Source: an uncultured Gammaproteobacteria bacterium
GTDB lineage: Bacteria > Patescibacteriota > Microgenomatia > Levybacterales > UBA12049
Reading direction: 5' to 3'
DNA length: 64,000 nucleotides
Assembly (NCBI GenBank): GCA_964637955.1
Contig: CAZWXQ010000002.1
Coordinates: forward strand, 71,782-135,781
Part shown: piece by piece, positions 55,398 to 64,000 of the stretch
Layout: every line of letters starts with the position of its first letter
Position numbering within the stretch: position 1 is the first letter of the stretch
The notes under the pieces: model-generated
Databases searched by the model: none
Seen by the model: the letters and a program-made list of their open reading frames with translations, nothing else
Told to the model about the DNA's origin: nothing
Position numbers and translations under genes: made by a program

Positions 55398-56192
55398 CTA
55401 ATCTAATCTATCTGGATTCGGATTCTCACTTAAATCAGCGTATTTATCTAGATCTATCATATCGCTTGGTCCTGAGGTGGGAATTGGTTTTTCTTTTCTT
55501 AAGCCGGCATATGGATCCAGGTCTTTAAAATCACTTTCTGAAGGGTATCCTGGTTCGCTTCTTCTCTTAAGTTCGAAAAGTGCTGCAAGATTAAGTGCTT
55601 GAGTTGTATCTACGTCGTGTTCTATTGCAGTTTTAATTAAAAAACCAGTAGCTGTTTCTCTGACTACAATATCATCTAATCCTTCATATGCTTCTCTTAG
55701 TCTATCTGAAAGTGGTTGACCAAGCGCATCTGTCCTATTTCTACCCAGGTATTCCGTGGCAGATCTCACTGCTTCTTGATAATCAGGGGATTTTAAAAGA
55801 TCACTAAGACTATCAGGATCAATTCCATATTGCTCAAAAAGTTTTCTAGTTAAGCCCTCCGAGTCAAATTTATTTTTAGCTGTAGGATCTTTATGTGTGC
55901 CTGATAATGTATCAGGATCTAGCTCGGTTCTAGCTTTAGAACCATCAGGTGTGCCAGTTAAAGTATCTATTTTTGCTATAATTTCTGAATTTGGGTCTTT
56001 TATTAATTCTGAAGAAGGAGTAAATCCAATTGGGGTACCTGTAAAAATTTTGGGATTTGGATTTTGATAAGTTGGGGGTCTTAATGGTTCTTTAGTAATT
56101 TGTTCTGTAGGGTCAGCATTTGCATCAGGTGTAGAAGATTCAATTGGTTCTGGAGTTGGTGCGCCTGCTTCTGATCCTGTATCTCCATTCAT
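55398..56192 (-). CDS. hypothetical Pro/Thr/Asp-rich protein
   Basis: Clean ORF with a low-complexity N-terminal half (TPEPIESSTPDANADPTEQ...). Confidence 0.45.
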   Translation of the reverse strand: MNGDTGSEAGAPTPEPIESSTPDANADPTEQITKEPLRPPTYQNPNPKIFTGTPIGFTPSSELIKDPNSEIIAKIDTLTGTPDGSKARTELDPDTLSGTHKDPTAKNKFDSEGLTRKLFEQYGIDPDSLSDLLKSPDYQEAVRSATEYLGRNRTDALGQPLSDRLREAYEGLDDIVVRETATGFLIKTAIEHDVDTTQALNLAALFELKRRSEPGYPSESDFKDLDPYAGLRKEKPIPTSGPSDMIDLDKYADLSENPNPDRLD

Positions 56193-56231
56193 ATATTTAA
56201 ATTTTAATCATTATAGAATATATTTGTCAAC

Positions 56232-57884
56232 TTACCAATTAGTCCTGATGTGGTCCATGGCGTAAGAGAGGGAAGAGTGGACTTTTTTTCTAGGGTTAAA
56301 GATATTTTCAGGGTCGAAAATCTTTTTTGTTTCTTCAAATAACTCTACTATTTTTTTGCCATACATTACTTCTAGATAAGGGCTTCTGATTAGGCCATCG
56401 TTATGTTCTCCAGTTATCGAGCCATTGTATTTTGAAATGATTGCATAAACTTGGTCTGAAATTTCTGGAATAGCCTTTCTAACTTTTGGATCTTTGATAT
56501 CAACTAAGGGAATGATATGGAAATTTCCATCTCCCACATGACCTGCTACAGTGAATCTAAACTCAGGATGTTTTTTAAGAATATCTGTAACTTGAGGAAT
56601 TACTTCTTTTATATCTCTCGGATTTATTACAAAGTCATCTATAAATGGAGCTGTGTGTTTGTTTCTGATTTTTTTTCGCAGAAGATTAAAGCTTTCGCGT
56701 CTAACCAGCCAATACTTTTTCTCTGCATCATCAATTGCGATGTAGGTCTCAGGATGTAATGGTTTTAGTTTTTCACGAAGTTGGGCTATTTTTTTATTAT
56801 TTTCTTCTGGGTCATTGCTTGCAAAATCTACTTGGAGAATGAGCTTTGGAAGACGACCAAATCCCATTTCTATGAAAGCCGGTAAAAATGCAACTGTGGC
56901 TTGGAGCATTCCAGAAATTCCAAGTTGCTTTGCGAATTCAGGGAAATATTTTAGTGCAAGTTTAAGAGTGTTATCATCATAGCTTTCGAAACTCTCAGGC
57001 TTGAGAGGAAGCACTGCATCAATTATTTCTCCCAAGTGATCTAGGTTATGCATGTAAATAATTTCCATTTCATGATGTTTCATTACAGGTACTAGTTCTA
57101 GTTCTGCTTCAAGCATAAGGCCAAGCGTTCCTTGAGCTCCAGTCCAAAGCTTGGTCAAGTCAAAAGTTTTTGTTTCTGGATCCCAAACATTCCACAAGAA
57201 ATATCCTGCTGAGTTTTTGCTAACTGGAGGCTTAGCTTTGGCAATTATCTCCCAATTATCTTTAATGAGTTTTTCCATTTTTCTATAGATTTCGCCTTCA
57301 AAATCTTTTTGGTCTTTTTTCTTTTCAAGCTGTTCTTCGCTTAGAGGCTTTAGTTCATAAGTATTTCCGTCAGATAGAACTACTTTTATTTTCTTTACAA
57401 AGTTTTCTGTTTTTCCATACAGAAGGGATTTTTCTCCACCTGAGTTATTATTAACAATTCCTCCCATAGCACAAAGACCTCGAGAAGCAGGGTAGGAAGC
57501 AAAGATAAGATCTTTCTTTAGAGTTTCTACTTCAAAGTCCCTATAGAAAACTCCAGGTTCTGTCGAGACAACATTGTCTTTTATTTCTCCCATGTGGGTA
57601 AAATATTTTCCAAAAGCTACTGAAATACTGTCATTAATACTTCCGCCGCCCATGTCAGTTCCTGCAGCGCGTCCAGTAAGAGAAAGATCTTTGTGGTCTT
57701 TTTTATGTTTGTTTACGAATTTAACTAATTCTTCTATGTCTTTCGCGCCTTTTGGAAAAACAACGACTTGAGGTTTTACTTCAAATAGACTTGCGTCATG
57801 GGAATAGGTGGTAAGCGTTTCGTCTGTGGTATCTATATCTCCATCCAGAGATTTCTTTAATTCCTCGAGCAGATTTTGATCCAT
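56232..57884 (-). CDS. FAD-linked oxidase (GlcD/D-lactate dehydrogenase-like, PCMH-type FAD-binding). The internal Met at 57884 is preferred; the track start at 58004 would overlap the upstream gene by 100 nt.
   Basis: FAD-binding region VVFPKGAKDIEELVKFVNKHK and GRAAGTDMGGGS. C-terminal GSITGEHNDGLIRSPYLEVMYGKKIVELFEETKKIFDPENIFNPRK. Confidence 0.7.
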   Translation of the reverse strand: MDQNLLEELKKSLDGDIDTTDETLTTYSHDASLFEVKPQVVVFPKGAKDIEELVKFVNKHKKDHKDLSLTGRAAGTDMGGGSINDSISVAFGKYFTHMGEIKDNVVSTEPGVFYRDFEVETLKKDLIFASYPASRGLCAMGGIVNNNSGGEKSLLYGKTENFVKKIKVVLSDGNTYELKPLSEEQLEKKKDQKDFEGEIYRKMEKLIKDNWEIIAKAKPPVSKNSAGYFLWNVWDPETKTFDLTKLWTGAQGTLGLMLEAELELVPVMKHHEMEIIYMHNLDHLGEIIDAVLPLKPESFESYDDNTLKLALKYFPEFAKQLGISGMLQATVAFLPAFIEMGFGRLPKLILQVDFASNDPEENNKKIAQLREKLKPLHPETYIAIDDAEKKYWLVRRESFNLLRKKIRNKHTAPFIDDFVINPRDIKEVIPQVTDILKKHPEFRFTVAGHVGDGNFHIIPLVDIKDPKVRKAIPEISDQVYAIISKYNGSITGEHNDGLIRSPYLEVMYGKKIVELFEETKKIFDPENIFNPRKKVHSSLSYAMDHIRTNW

Positions 57885-57903
57885 ATAAACATTGTAACCG
57901 GAA

Positions 57904-58896
57904 TTACGATTTTCTCGCAATGACCTTTTTGACAGCGTCCTTGATCGCGTCTTTACCCATGTTATATTTTTCAAGAAGCTCCAAAGTAGTTCCTGACTCT
58001 GCAAAAGTATTTTGGAGTCCTATAAATTCCATAGGAAGGGGAGTAGTTTTAGCAAGTTCTTCGGAGATAGCGCTCCCAAGACCACCAGCTACTTGATGAT
58101 CTTCGACTGTTACAACGGCTTTTGAATCTTTGGTGAAATTTCTGATTCCTTCAGAATCCAGAGGTTTTATCGTAGGAGTATTCACGACAATTACATTTAT
58201 CCCTTCGTTTTCAAGATCTTTTGAAGCGAGTAGAGCATAATAAGTCATGTAGCCCATTGAGAAAATTGTCGCCTGGGGATTTTCACTTACCCAAAAATCA
58301 TACATTTTTCCAACCTCAAACGGAGTTTCATTGGTAGTTATAATAGGAGACTTATCTCTGGTGTATCGAAGGTAAACTGGGCCATCGATCCCGGCTGAAG
58401 CTATCGTTGCTTTTTTAGATTCAACGCTGTCGCATGGCACCATAATTTGAATTATTGGCCAACAGCGGGTGATAGCGATGTCTTCTGTGGCTTGATGAGT
58501 AGCCCCGTCTGGGCCTGTCATAACTCCTGCATGATGGCCTGCGATTTTTACATTTGCATTATTATAAACACAAGTAGTTCTGATAGTTTCCCAGTTTTTT
58601 CCGGGAGAAAATGTAGCATAGGAGGAGATAAATGCTATTTTTCCAGTTACAGCTAAGCCTGCAGCAACTGCTGCCATGTTTTGTTCGCCAATTCCTATCT
58701 CAAAAAACCTTTCAGGATATTTTTCTGCAAATTTATGAGCGTGTGTAGACTCGGTAAGATCTGCAGAAAGAGCTACTACGTTTGGATTTGTCTCTCCCAG
58801 CTCCAGAAGTCCACTTCCATATCCTGCACGAGTTGGTGAGGCCTCAACGTCTTCATCAAATATTTTTTCGTTAAGTTTGAGATTAGGATTTAACAT
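57904..58896 (-). CDS. transketolase, C-terminal (pyrimidine-binding) subunit of a split transketolase
   Basis: ...EIGIGEQNMAAVAAGLAVTGKIAF..., HAGVMTGPDGATHQATEDIA and the C-terminal domain. Confidence 0.85.
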   Translation of the reverse strand: MLNPNLKLNEKIFDEDVEASPTRAGYGSGLLELGETNPNVVALSADLTESTHAHKFAEKYPERFFEIGIGEQNMAAVAAGLAVTGKIAFISSYATFSPGKNWETIRTTCVYNNANVKIAGHHAGVMTGPDGATHQATEDIAITRCWPIIQIMVPCDSVESKKATIASAGIDGPVYLRYTRDKSPIITTNETPFEVGKMYDFWVSENPQATIFSMGYMTYYALLASKDLENEGINVIVVNTPTIKPLDSEGIRNFTKDSKAVVTVEDHQVAGGLGSAISEELAKTTPLPMEFIGLQNTFAESGTTLELLEKYNMGKDAIKDAVKKVIARKS

Positions 58897-58910
58897 AGTT
58901 AATATTTACC

Positions 58911-58977
58911 AATTATCATTTATCATGCTCGTTTGATCAATTCTAAATGATAATTAATATATGGTAAATGATAAATT
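58911..58977. promoter_or_regulatory. 12-bp perfect inverted repeat plus a third direct copy of the same motif in the 82-nt spacer between the two transketolase genes
   Basis: aattatcattta (58911-58922) and taaatgataatt (58944-58955) are exact reverse complements. taaatgataaatt repeats at 58965-58977. Confidence 0.4.
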
Positions 58978-58978
58978 T

Positions 58979-59869
58979 TCATGCCTGGTGCTCACTTTCT
59001 ATTTTTCCTTGAAGTGTTCGAAGCTCATCCATGGCGACTTTTGCTTGCTGTCCTTTTGGCGGCGCACCCTCGACATCTGAAATGTCAGGTGGCATACCAT
59101 GCCAATGGAAATCATTTTCCATAAAATCTACTCCTTTTCCTGGGATAGTATGAGCTATTATTACTGTCGGTTTTTCGTAAACTGCCTTTGCTTGTCCTAT
59201 GCTATCTATAAACGCTCTTATGTTATTTCCATCGACATCTATTGCATGCCAATTAAACGCTTCAAACTTATTTTTTAATGGTTCAAGAGGTAAAACATCT
59301 TCCGTAAATCCGTCTATCTGAATATTGTTGCGATCAATTACTACAGTTAAGTTGTTGAGTTTAATTTTTCCAGCAAACATAACAGCTTCCCAAATATTTC
59401 CTTCATCCAGTTCACCATCTCCAGTTACGACATAGGTTCTGTATTCCTTTTTGTCAATTTTCCCAGCAAGAGCAATTCCTATTCCTTGAGAAAGGCCTTC
59501 ACCAAGAGGGCCTGATGTAGTTTCCAATCCTGGAAGAGTTCCTCTATGAGGATGACCTTGAAGTCTGGAGTTGATCTTTCTTAAAGTTTGTAATTCTTCC
59601 TTTGGAAAATATCCTGCCTGAGCCATAGAGACGTAGCGAATAGGGCAGATGTGGCCATTTGATAAAACTAGTCTGTCGCGATCAGCCCAGTCAGGATCTT
59701 CTGGCTTATGGTTTAGTATATGAAAATAAAATGCAGTAAAAATATCTGCCATACCAAGAGGGCCTGCAGAATGACCCGATTTAGCTTCAAGAAGCATATT
59801 AATAAGAAGCTCTCTTGCTTCGACTGCTTTTTCTTCAAGTTGGAAAAGTTTTTCTTCGTGAAGATCCAT
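58979..59869 (-). CDS. transketolase, N-terminal (TPP-binding) subunit
   Basis: GHSAGPLGMADIFTAFYFHILNHKPEDPDWADRDRLVLSNGH and GDGELDEGNIWEA (TPP-binding GDG...N). Confidence 0.85.
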   Translation of the reverse strand: MDLHEEKLFQLEEKAVEARELLINMLLEAKSGHSAGPLGMADIFTAFYFHILNHKPEDPDWADRDRLVLSNGHICPIRYVSMAQAGYFPKEELQTLRKINSRLQGHPHRGTLPGLETTSGPLGEGLSQGIGIALAGKIDKKEYRTYVVTGDGELDEGNIWEAVMFAGKIKLNNLTVVIDRNNIQIDGFTEDVLPLEPLKNKFEAFNWHAIDVDGNNIRAFIDSIGQAKAVYEKPTVIIAHTIPGKGVDFMENDFHWHGMPPDISDVEGAPPKGQQAKVAMDELRTLQGKIESEHQA

Positions 59870-59870
59870 G

Positions 59871-61145
59871 TTAATTTTTTATAACTATATATAAATCAGC
59901 AACATTTGATTCAAGTTTTCCTGTGAGAATTCCATCCCCAGTAGTTTGAAAAAAACCATAGCTATTATCATCAGACAAATATTCGTTAATATCCATATTT
60001 TTCTCCTGAATTTTGTTTTTAGTCTCTTTATCCACTAAAGCACCAGCGAGTTCATAAAAATCCCAACCATCTGAGTCGAATGATACAAGCAGGGCATTGT
60101 CATCAATGTGAGGAAGAGCGCAAATCGCTAAAGCTTGATTTCGTCCACCTTTGCCATTTCCAGTAATTTTAATTGTACTTTCTCCGCCTGCAAGAAGAAC
60201 TTCGCCAGGTTGGCATTCGTTAATTAGCTTTTTTCCAAGCTCTCTAGCATCTCCTTGAAGATGATCCGTAAATACTCTTGCTGTTTTTCCAAGTTCCTGC
60301 GCTTTTTTCTCCATCGCATTAATTGCAGTTAAATTACTAAGCATCAAGACGTTGTGGACTTTTTCAAAATAAATATCTTCTCGAGGTGTTTCTTCCATGT
60401 CGCTATCCGATGCGTCTTGTGTGAGATTATATTTTCTTAGAATCTCTTTGGCTTCATCTAGACTATGATTATCTTTTGTCGTTGGACCTGAAGCGATTGT
60501 AGCTAAGTCATTTCCTGGAACATCTGAAAATATCAAGCTAGCTACGGTCGCAGGATGAAGATGTTTAGCCAGTTTTCCGCCTTTAACTTTACTAACGTGT
60601 TTGCGAACGATATTCATTTCTGTGATATCAGAACCACTTTTAAGCATGTCTTTAAAAAGTTTAACTAAATTATCAAAACTTAAATTGATCGGATTTTCAA
60701 ACATAGCAGATCCGCCACCGCAAATTACTACTAGAACCAAATCTTTGTCCGTTAAATTGGAGGTCGCCTCAAGAACTTTTTTTGTGTAATCGATGTTAAT
60801 TTGGGAGGGGAGAGGATGTGTGCCTTTCGTGTACTGTACCTTTGAAAAATCTGGGCTTTCTACTACATCTATATCAAATCCTTGAGTAAGCTTTTCCCCA
60901 AGATGCTCTTCGATGATTTTGCACATTTGCGCAGATCCTTTACCAAGTCCTATCAGATGAACGCGTTCGAATTGGTTAAGGTCAAAAGCTTGATCATTTA
61001 GCCTTAGAATATTATTTTCAAAAGAGAAATTAGTTTTAAAGATTTCGTCTGGAGTGATAGAAGCAAATGCAGCTTCTACTAGCTCAAGTGCTACTTTTCT
61101 ATTATCATTTAAATTTAGTGAATCGTAATTTTTAATTACACCCAT
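59871..61145 (-). CDS. glycerate kinase, MOFRL family (GckA/TtuD-like glycerate 2-kinase)
   Basis: LLAGGESTIKITGNGKGGRNQALAICAL and the N-terminal DUF4147-like region. Confidence 0.75.
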   Translation of the reverse strand: MGVIKNYDSLNLNDNRKVALELVEAAFASITPDEIFKTNFSFENNILRLNDQAFDLNQFERVHLIGLGKGSAQMCKIIEEHLGEKLTQGFDIDVVESPDFSKVQYTKGTHPLPSQINIDYTKKVLEATSNLTDKDLVLVVICGGGSAMFENPINLSFDNLVKLFKDMLKSGSDITEMNIVRKHVSKVKGGKLAKHLHPATVASLIFSDVPGNDLATIASGPTTKDNHSLDEAKEILRKYNLTQDASDSDMEETPREDIYFEKVHNVLMLSNLTAINAMEKKAQELGKTARVFTDHLQGDARELGKKLINECQPGEVLLAGGESTIKITGNGKGGRNQALAICALPHIDDNALLVSFDSDGWDFYELAGALVDKETKNKIQEKNMDINEYLSDDNSYGFFQTTGDGILTGKLESNVADLYIVIKN

Positions 61146-61255
61146 ATTAGGTTCAGCATAACACAGAAATTAAGATGTGTAAAATTTTTTAAAGATGAGC
61201 GAAGTCGAATAATTGGATTTGAAATCTTCGTGGCTAAAAGAGTATAATTCCGCCT

Positions 61256-63325
61256 ATGGAAATAGAAGATGGAGCTTTTCAGGGTGAACCAGACCAACCA
61301 GTAGATATTGGAAATATCGCTGACATGCAGACACTTTTGCAGCAGTTACATCTAGCTTTAGAAAGTTCTACTCTTGAGAGTGAAGGACAAAGGGACTGGG
61401 CATTAGGACTTAAGAATTTTTATCTACAAATGAATGACCCTTCGATTGAAGCGCTTGAGGAAGTAGCGAGTTCTTTCATAACAATGCCTTTTGACGAAAT
61501 TAAAGAATTCCAATCAGCAGATTACATTGCTCTTGATAATCCTCAAAGATACTTTAATAGTCGTGGAGTTGAACTAGAAGATGAAGAAAGAGTGGTATCT
61601 GGAATACTTAATTCAAGCCCATTAATTCAGCGTCTTGCGAGAAGATTTAATCGTGAGACTGGAGGAATTGAATGGGATGAGGATTTAGATCCAAAAACTT
61701 TAGCGCAGGAGACGCATTTAGATATTCAAATTTCAAGAAGCGAAAGAGAAATAAAAAAAGTGGCTGATGCTGTTCGACAGGAGACTGATCTGTCGAAGCG
61801 ACACGAAAAAGCTTTAGTTTTAAAGCAGCAGATTATGGATCACGTGACTGGGTTTCCATATAAGTTTTATAAAGGGGATGACCCAAGACCTATTGAACCA
61901 ACATGGGATAATTTTTTGATTGGATCAAGGTCATTATTTTTCAAGGTTAATAATGGTGGGGGTAGTTTTCATTTTCAAGAAGAAGTGGATGTAGCAGAGG
62001 CATCAATTTTAAGATATTCATTTGAAAGAAGACTTGAGGATTTACCAAAAAGAGATAGGCAAAGCTTTGATGAATTACGTTTACAGTTTGGTGCAAAAGG
62101 CGCAAATTTAATAATACTTTCGGAGATGGTTAATGGCATCAACGACTTAAGAAGGGTAAATATTTTTGATTCAACGAGAATCAAAGTTCCAGAATTTCAA
62201 ACAGTTCCCGTAGACGCTTACAGAGCATGGAATCAAGGAAAACTTGATGATAGTCAGCTTAGATCATATTTTGAGTGGGCAAATAATCTGAAGACTGGAG
62301 ATGAATGGAGTTCTAAAAGGAGCCCAGCGGATTACATAGTAAGGAGTAGCGCTGTTTTTTCAGAAGATGGTGAAAATGTTACAGGTGCAGGAATTTATGA
62401 TTCAGTACAAGTTCCAGCAGGAGCCACTTTTCAGGAATTTAAAGAAGCCGTAGAAAGGGTTTATAGGTCTACGGAATCTGATGAGGCAAAAATGTATAGA
62501 CAGCAGAACGGAATTGAGGGGGAAGAAATGGGGTTAGTTATCCAAAGATTTATTCATCCTGAGTATATTATACCTTCGGGAGAACAAGTCGGATATATTA
62601 ATTCAAGGCTTACTGGCGTTCCTGGTCTAATGGAGGTCGTAACGAGAAATAGCAGAAATTTTGTGAAAAGACAGGAGCTCGATTTTGTTCTTGCGATGGA
62701 AGCTAATTTAGAAAAAAGTTCTGTTCGAAGTGCTCAGCAGTTTCTTCCTGATATAAATAAGATAGTACCAGACCTGCCAATCAAGCTTGCTCAGTTAGTA
62801 TATGTTATCGAAAGAATATGGGGCAGTGATGTTCAGGCTGAATTTGTGGCAAACTGGGGTTCAATAAATTTTGTCCAGGTTAGAGATTTGCCCAAAGCAG
62901 ACTCAGGTCAAGAAATAGAAGTGCAGTTTCCAGATGAAGATCCGATTCATTCAGGAGCATCTATTGGCGTTGGCGATGTGGAGCTCGAAGTTTTAGACAA
63001 CGATGTGATTAATGCTGATAAAAATGGAATTGTGATTTTTGAAGGCAATAGAGAGTGGACGCTTAGGCCTAAGCCTTATTCATTTCCTAGAGAAGGTGTC
63101 GTCGTCGTTGCAAATGAAGACGGATTAAACGGGCATATTCAAACTCTTGCAGCAGAAAGGGGACTTATTTGCGTATTTCCTGATAGATCAGATGAAAGGG
63201 GAGCTTGGCTTAGGTACGATGATTTACTAAAGCTGCGAAGAGTCAGGGTAGTCTCAAATGGAATTGAAGCAAGATTGTATCCTGTAAATGGTGAAAAAGA
63301 TCCTTTAAAGCTAGGTTCAAATTAG
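61256..63325 (+). CDS. PEP-utilizing-enzyme family protein: an ATP-grasp (PPDK_N-like) domain plus a phosphohistidine mobile domain, lacking the C-terminal PEP-binding TIM barrel (PEP synthase/rifampicin phosphotransferase-like)
   Basis: FGAKGANLIILSEMVN...IKVPEFQTVPVDAY (ATP-grasp nucleotide-binding start). C-terminal GIVIFEGNREWTLRPKPYSFPREGVVVVANEDGLNGHIQTLAAERGLICVF (mobile His domain). A TATAAT box lies 13 nt upstream. Confidence 0.6.
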   Translation: MEIEDGAFQGEPDQPVDIGNIADMQTLLQQLHLALESSTLESEGQRDWALGLKNFYLQMNDPSIEALEEVASSFITMPFDEIKEFQSADYIALDNPQRYFNSRGVELEDEERVVSGILNSSPLIQRLARRFNRETGGIEWDEDLDPKTLAQETHLDIQISRSEREIKKVADAVRQETDLSKRHEKALVLKQQIMDHVTGFPYKFYKGDDPRPIEPTWDNFLIGSRSLFFKVNNGGGSFHFQEEVDVAEASILRYSFERRLEDLPKRDRQSFDELRLQFGAKGANLIILSEMVNGINDLRRVNIFDSTRIKVPEFQTVPVDAYRAWNQGKLDDSQLRSYFEWANNLKTGDEWSSKRSPADYIVRSSAVFSEDGENVTGAGIYDSVQVPAGATFQEFKEAVERVYRSTESDEAKMYRQQNGIEGEEMGLVIQRFIHPEYIIPSGEQVGYINSRLTGVPGLMEVVTRNSRNFVKRQELDFVLAMEANLEKSSVRSAQQFLPDINKIVPDLPIKLAQLVYVIERIWGSDVQAEFVANWGSINFVQVRDLPKADSGQEIEVQFPDEDPIHSGASIGVGDVELEVLDNDVINADKNGIVIFEGNREWTLRPKPYSFPREGVVVVANEDGLNGHIQTLAAERGLICVFPDRSDERGAWLRYDDLLKLRRVRVVSNGIEARLYPVNGEKDPLKLGSN

Positions 63326-63338
63326 TTTAGTAGACCAC

Positions 63339-63848
63339 TCAATTTTTTTCCACAGCTCCGATAAGAATGTCTATATTTGAAATATTTGATTTGTCGTCTT
63401 CATATTCTTTTGCTTTTTGTAGAACCACTATCCCTTTTTCAGTTTCACCAATTTCTAAAAATCTTTTTCCAATATCTTGAAGGTATTTCGATCTGTTTGA
63501 AAAATCTGAGATTTGCATCGCTACTGCTACTGCTTCATCTAATAATTCGTCGTGTTTAATTAGTTTTAATGTTTGGAACTGAAAGCCCCAGTCATCTGGA
63601 CGAGTATGTTCTTCAGATTCTTTAACTTTATTTTCAAAAGCTAATTTTCTAAGTTCTCTAGCTTTTTCTTTTTCACCGACTCTGTAAAGTGCGTCGGCAA
63701 GAATTGCAAAATTATTAAAATTTATTTTTTCAGAAACATTTTTTAATCTGACATATTCTAGAAGCAATTCTTCACGGCAATCTAGGTTTGCAAGTACTTC
63801 AACTGCTCTGGCATAATTTGCTTCAGAAAAATGTTGCCCTATTTCCAT
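63339..63848 (-). CDS. hypothetical TPR-like helical protein. The reading frame stays open upstream to the window edge at 64000, so the true start may lie outside the window.
   Basis: No in-frame stop between 63849 and 64000 on the minus strand. Helical repeat-like ...ANYARAVEVLANLD..., ...DALYRVGEKEKARELRKLAF. Confidence 0.4.
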   Translation of the reverse strand: MEIGQHFSEANYARAVEVLANLDCREELLLEYVRLKNVSEKINFNNFAILADALYRVGEKEKARELRKLAFENKVKESEEHTRPDDWGFQFQTLKLIKHDELLDEAVAVAMQISDFSNRSKYLQDIGKRFLEIGETEKGIVVLQKAKEYEDDKSNISNIDILIGAVEKN

Positions 63849-64000
63849 GGTTTTAGGTAGTTTGGCAGCAATACTTTTTCCATTCTGTTTATCGCCGTTT
63901 ATTTCTATCCTTGCTAAAAATATTCCAGTTGAAGCAGCTTCATCTGGGAAATATTTTGCAGAGTTTAGGTTTACGAAGTCACTAAGTGTACTTAAGAGTT

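Noticed and set aside
1-64000. CRISPR arrays, tRNA/rRNA genes, transposases, integrases and phage structural genes
   Set aside because: A scan of all intergenic regions and ORF translations found no direct-repeat/spacer arrays, no tRNA-like cloverleaf termini (GGTTCGAATCC-type T-arms), no DDE or tyrosine-recombinase motifs and no phage-like structural gene content.

Overview
This is a low-GC (~33-35%), gene-dense bacterial chromosomal window, roughly 90% coding, with strong GGAGG/AAGGGGGTGA-type Shine-Dalgarno sites. Several sigma70-like -10 boxes sit directly upstream of ATG codons, giving very short or absent leaders. I found no rRNA, tRNA, CRISPR array, transposase or integrase. Recognisable content, in order along the window:
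- An ABC1/UbiB-like kinase.
- A 2256-aa giant protein combining a triplicated N-terminal domain, an SNF2-family ATPase and a class-I SAM methyltransferase, with a translationally coupled 185-aa partner.
- Two tiny ORFs with identical extended SD sequences, one a KGG-repeat stress-protein-like peptide.
- A PQQ-type sugar dehydrogenase, an AlkD-like DNA glycosylase, an EEP nuclease/phosphatase, a DUF2207-like membrane protein, a SAM methyltransferase and a VOC protein.
- A three-gene operon of a GT1 glycosyltransferase, an HPr-kinase-like P-loop protein and a GT28/MurG-like glycosyltransferase.
- An ACAD-like protein.
- A purine biosynthesis cluster: a PurS-PurS-PurL fusion, purQ, a purN-like formyltransferase, purM and purD. 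It is interrupted by a GC-elevated four-gene block and by cell-wall and peptidase genes.
- A compact flavinylation/electron-transfer cassette: two NqrC-like FMN-binding proteins, ApbE, and two tandem RnfD/NqrB-like membrane domains fused to FNR-like reductases.
- META/HslJ, phospholipase D and aquaporin genes.
- A complete cyoABCDE quinol oxidase operon.
- A FAD-linked oxidase, a split transketolase, a MOFRL glycerate kinase and a truncated PEP-utilizing enzyme.

The composition and gene content fit a small-genome Gram-positive-like or CPR-like bacterium; Saccharibacteria are known to carry cyo operons. Lineage cannot be fixed from the sequence alone. All functional calls rest on motif-level recognition in the translated ORFs. 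No database search was run.
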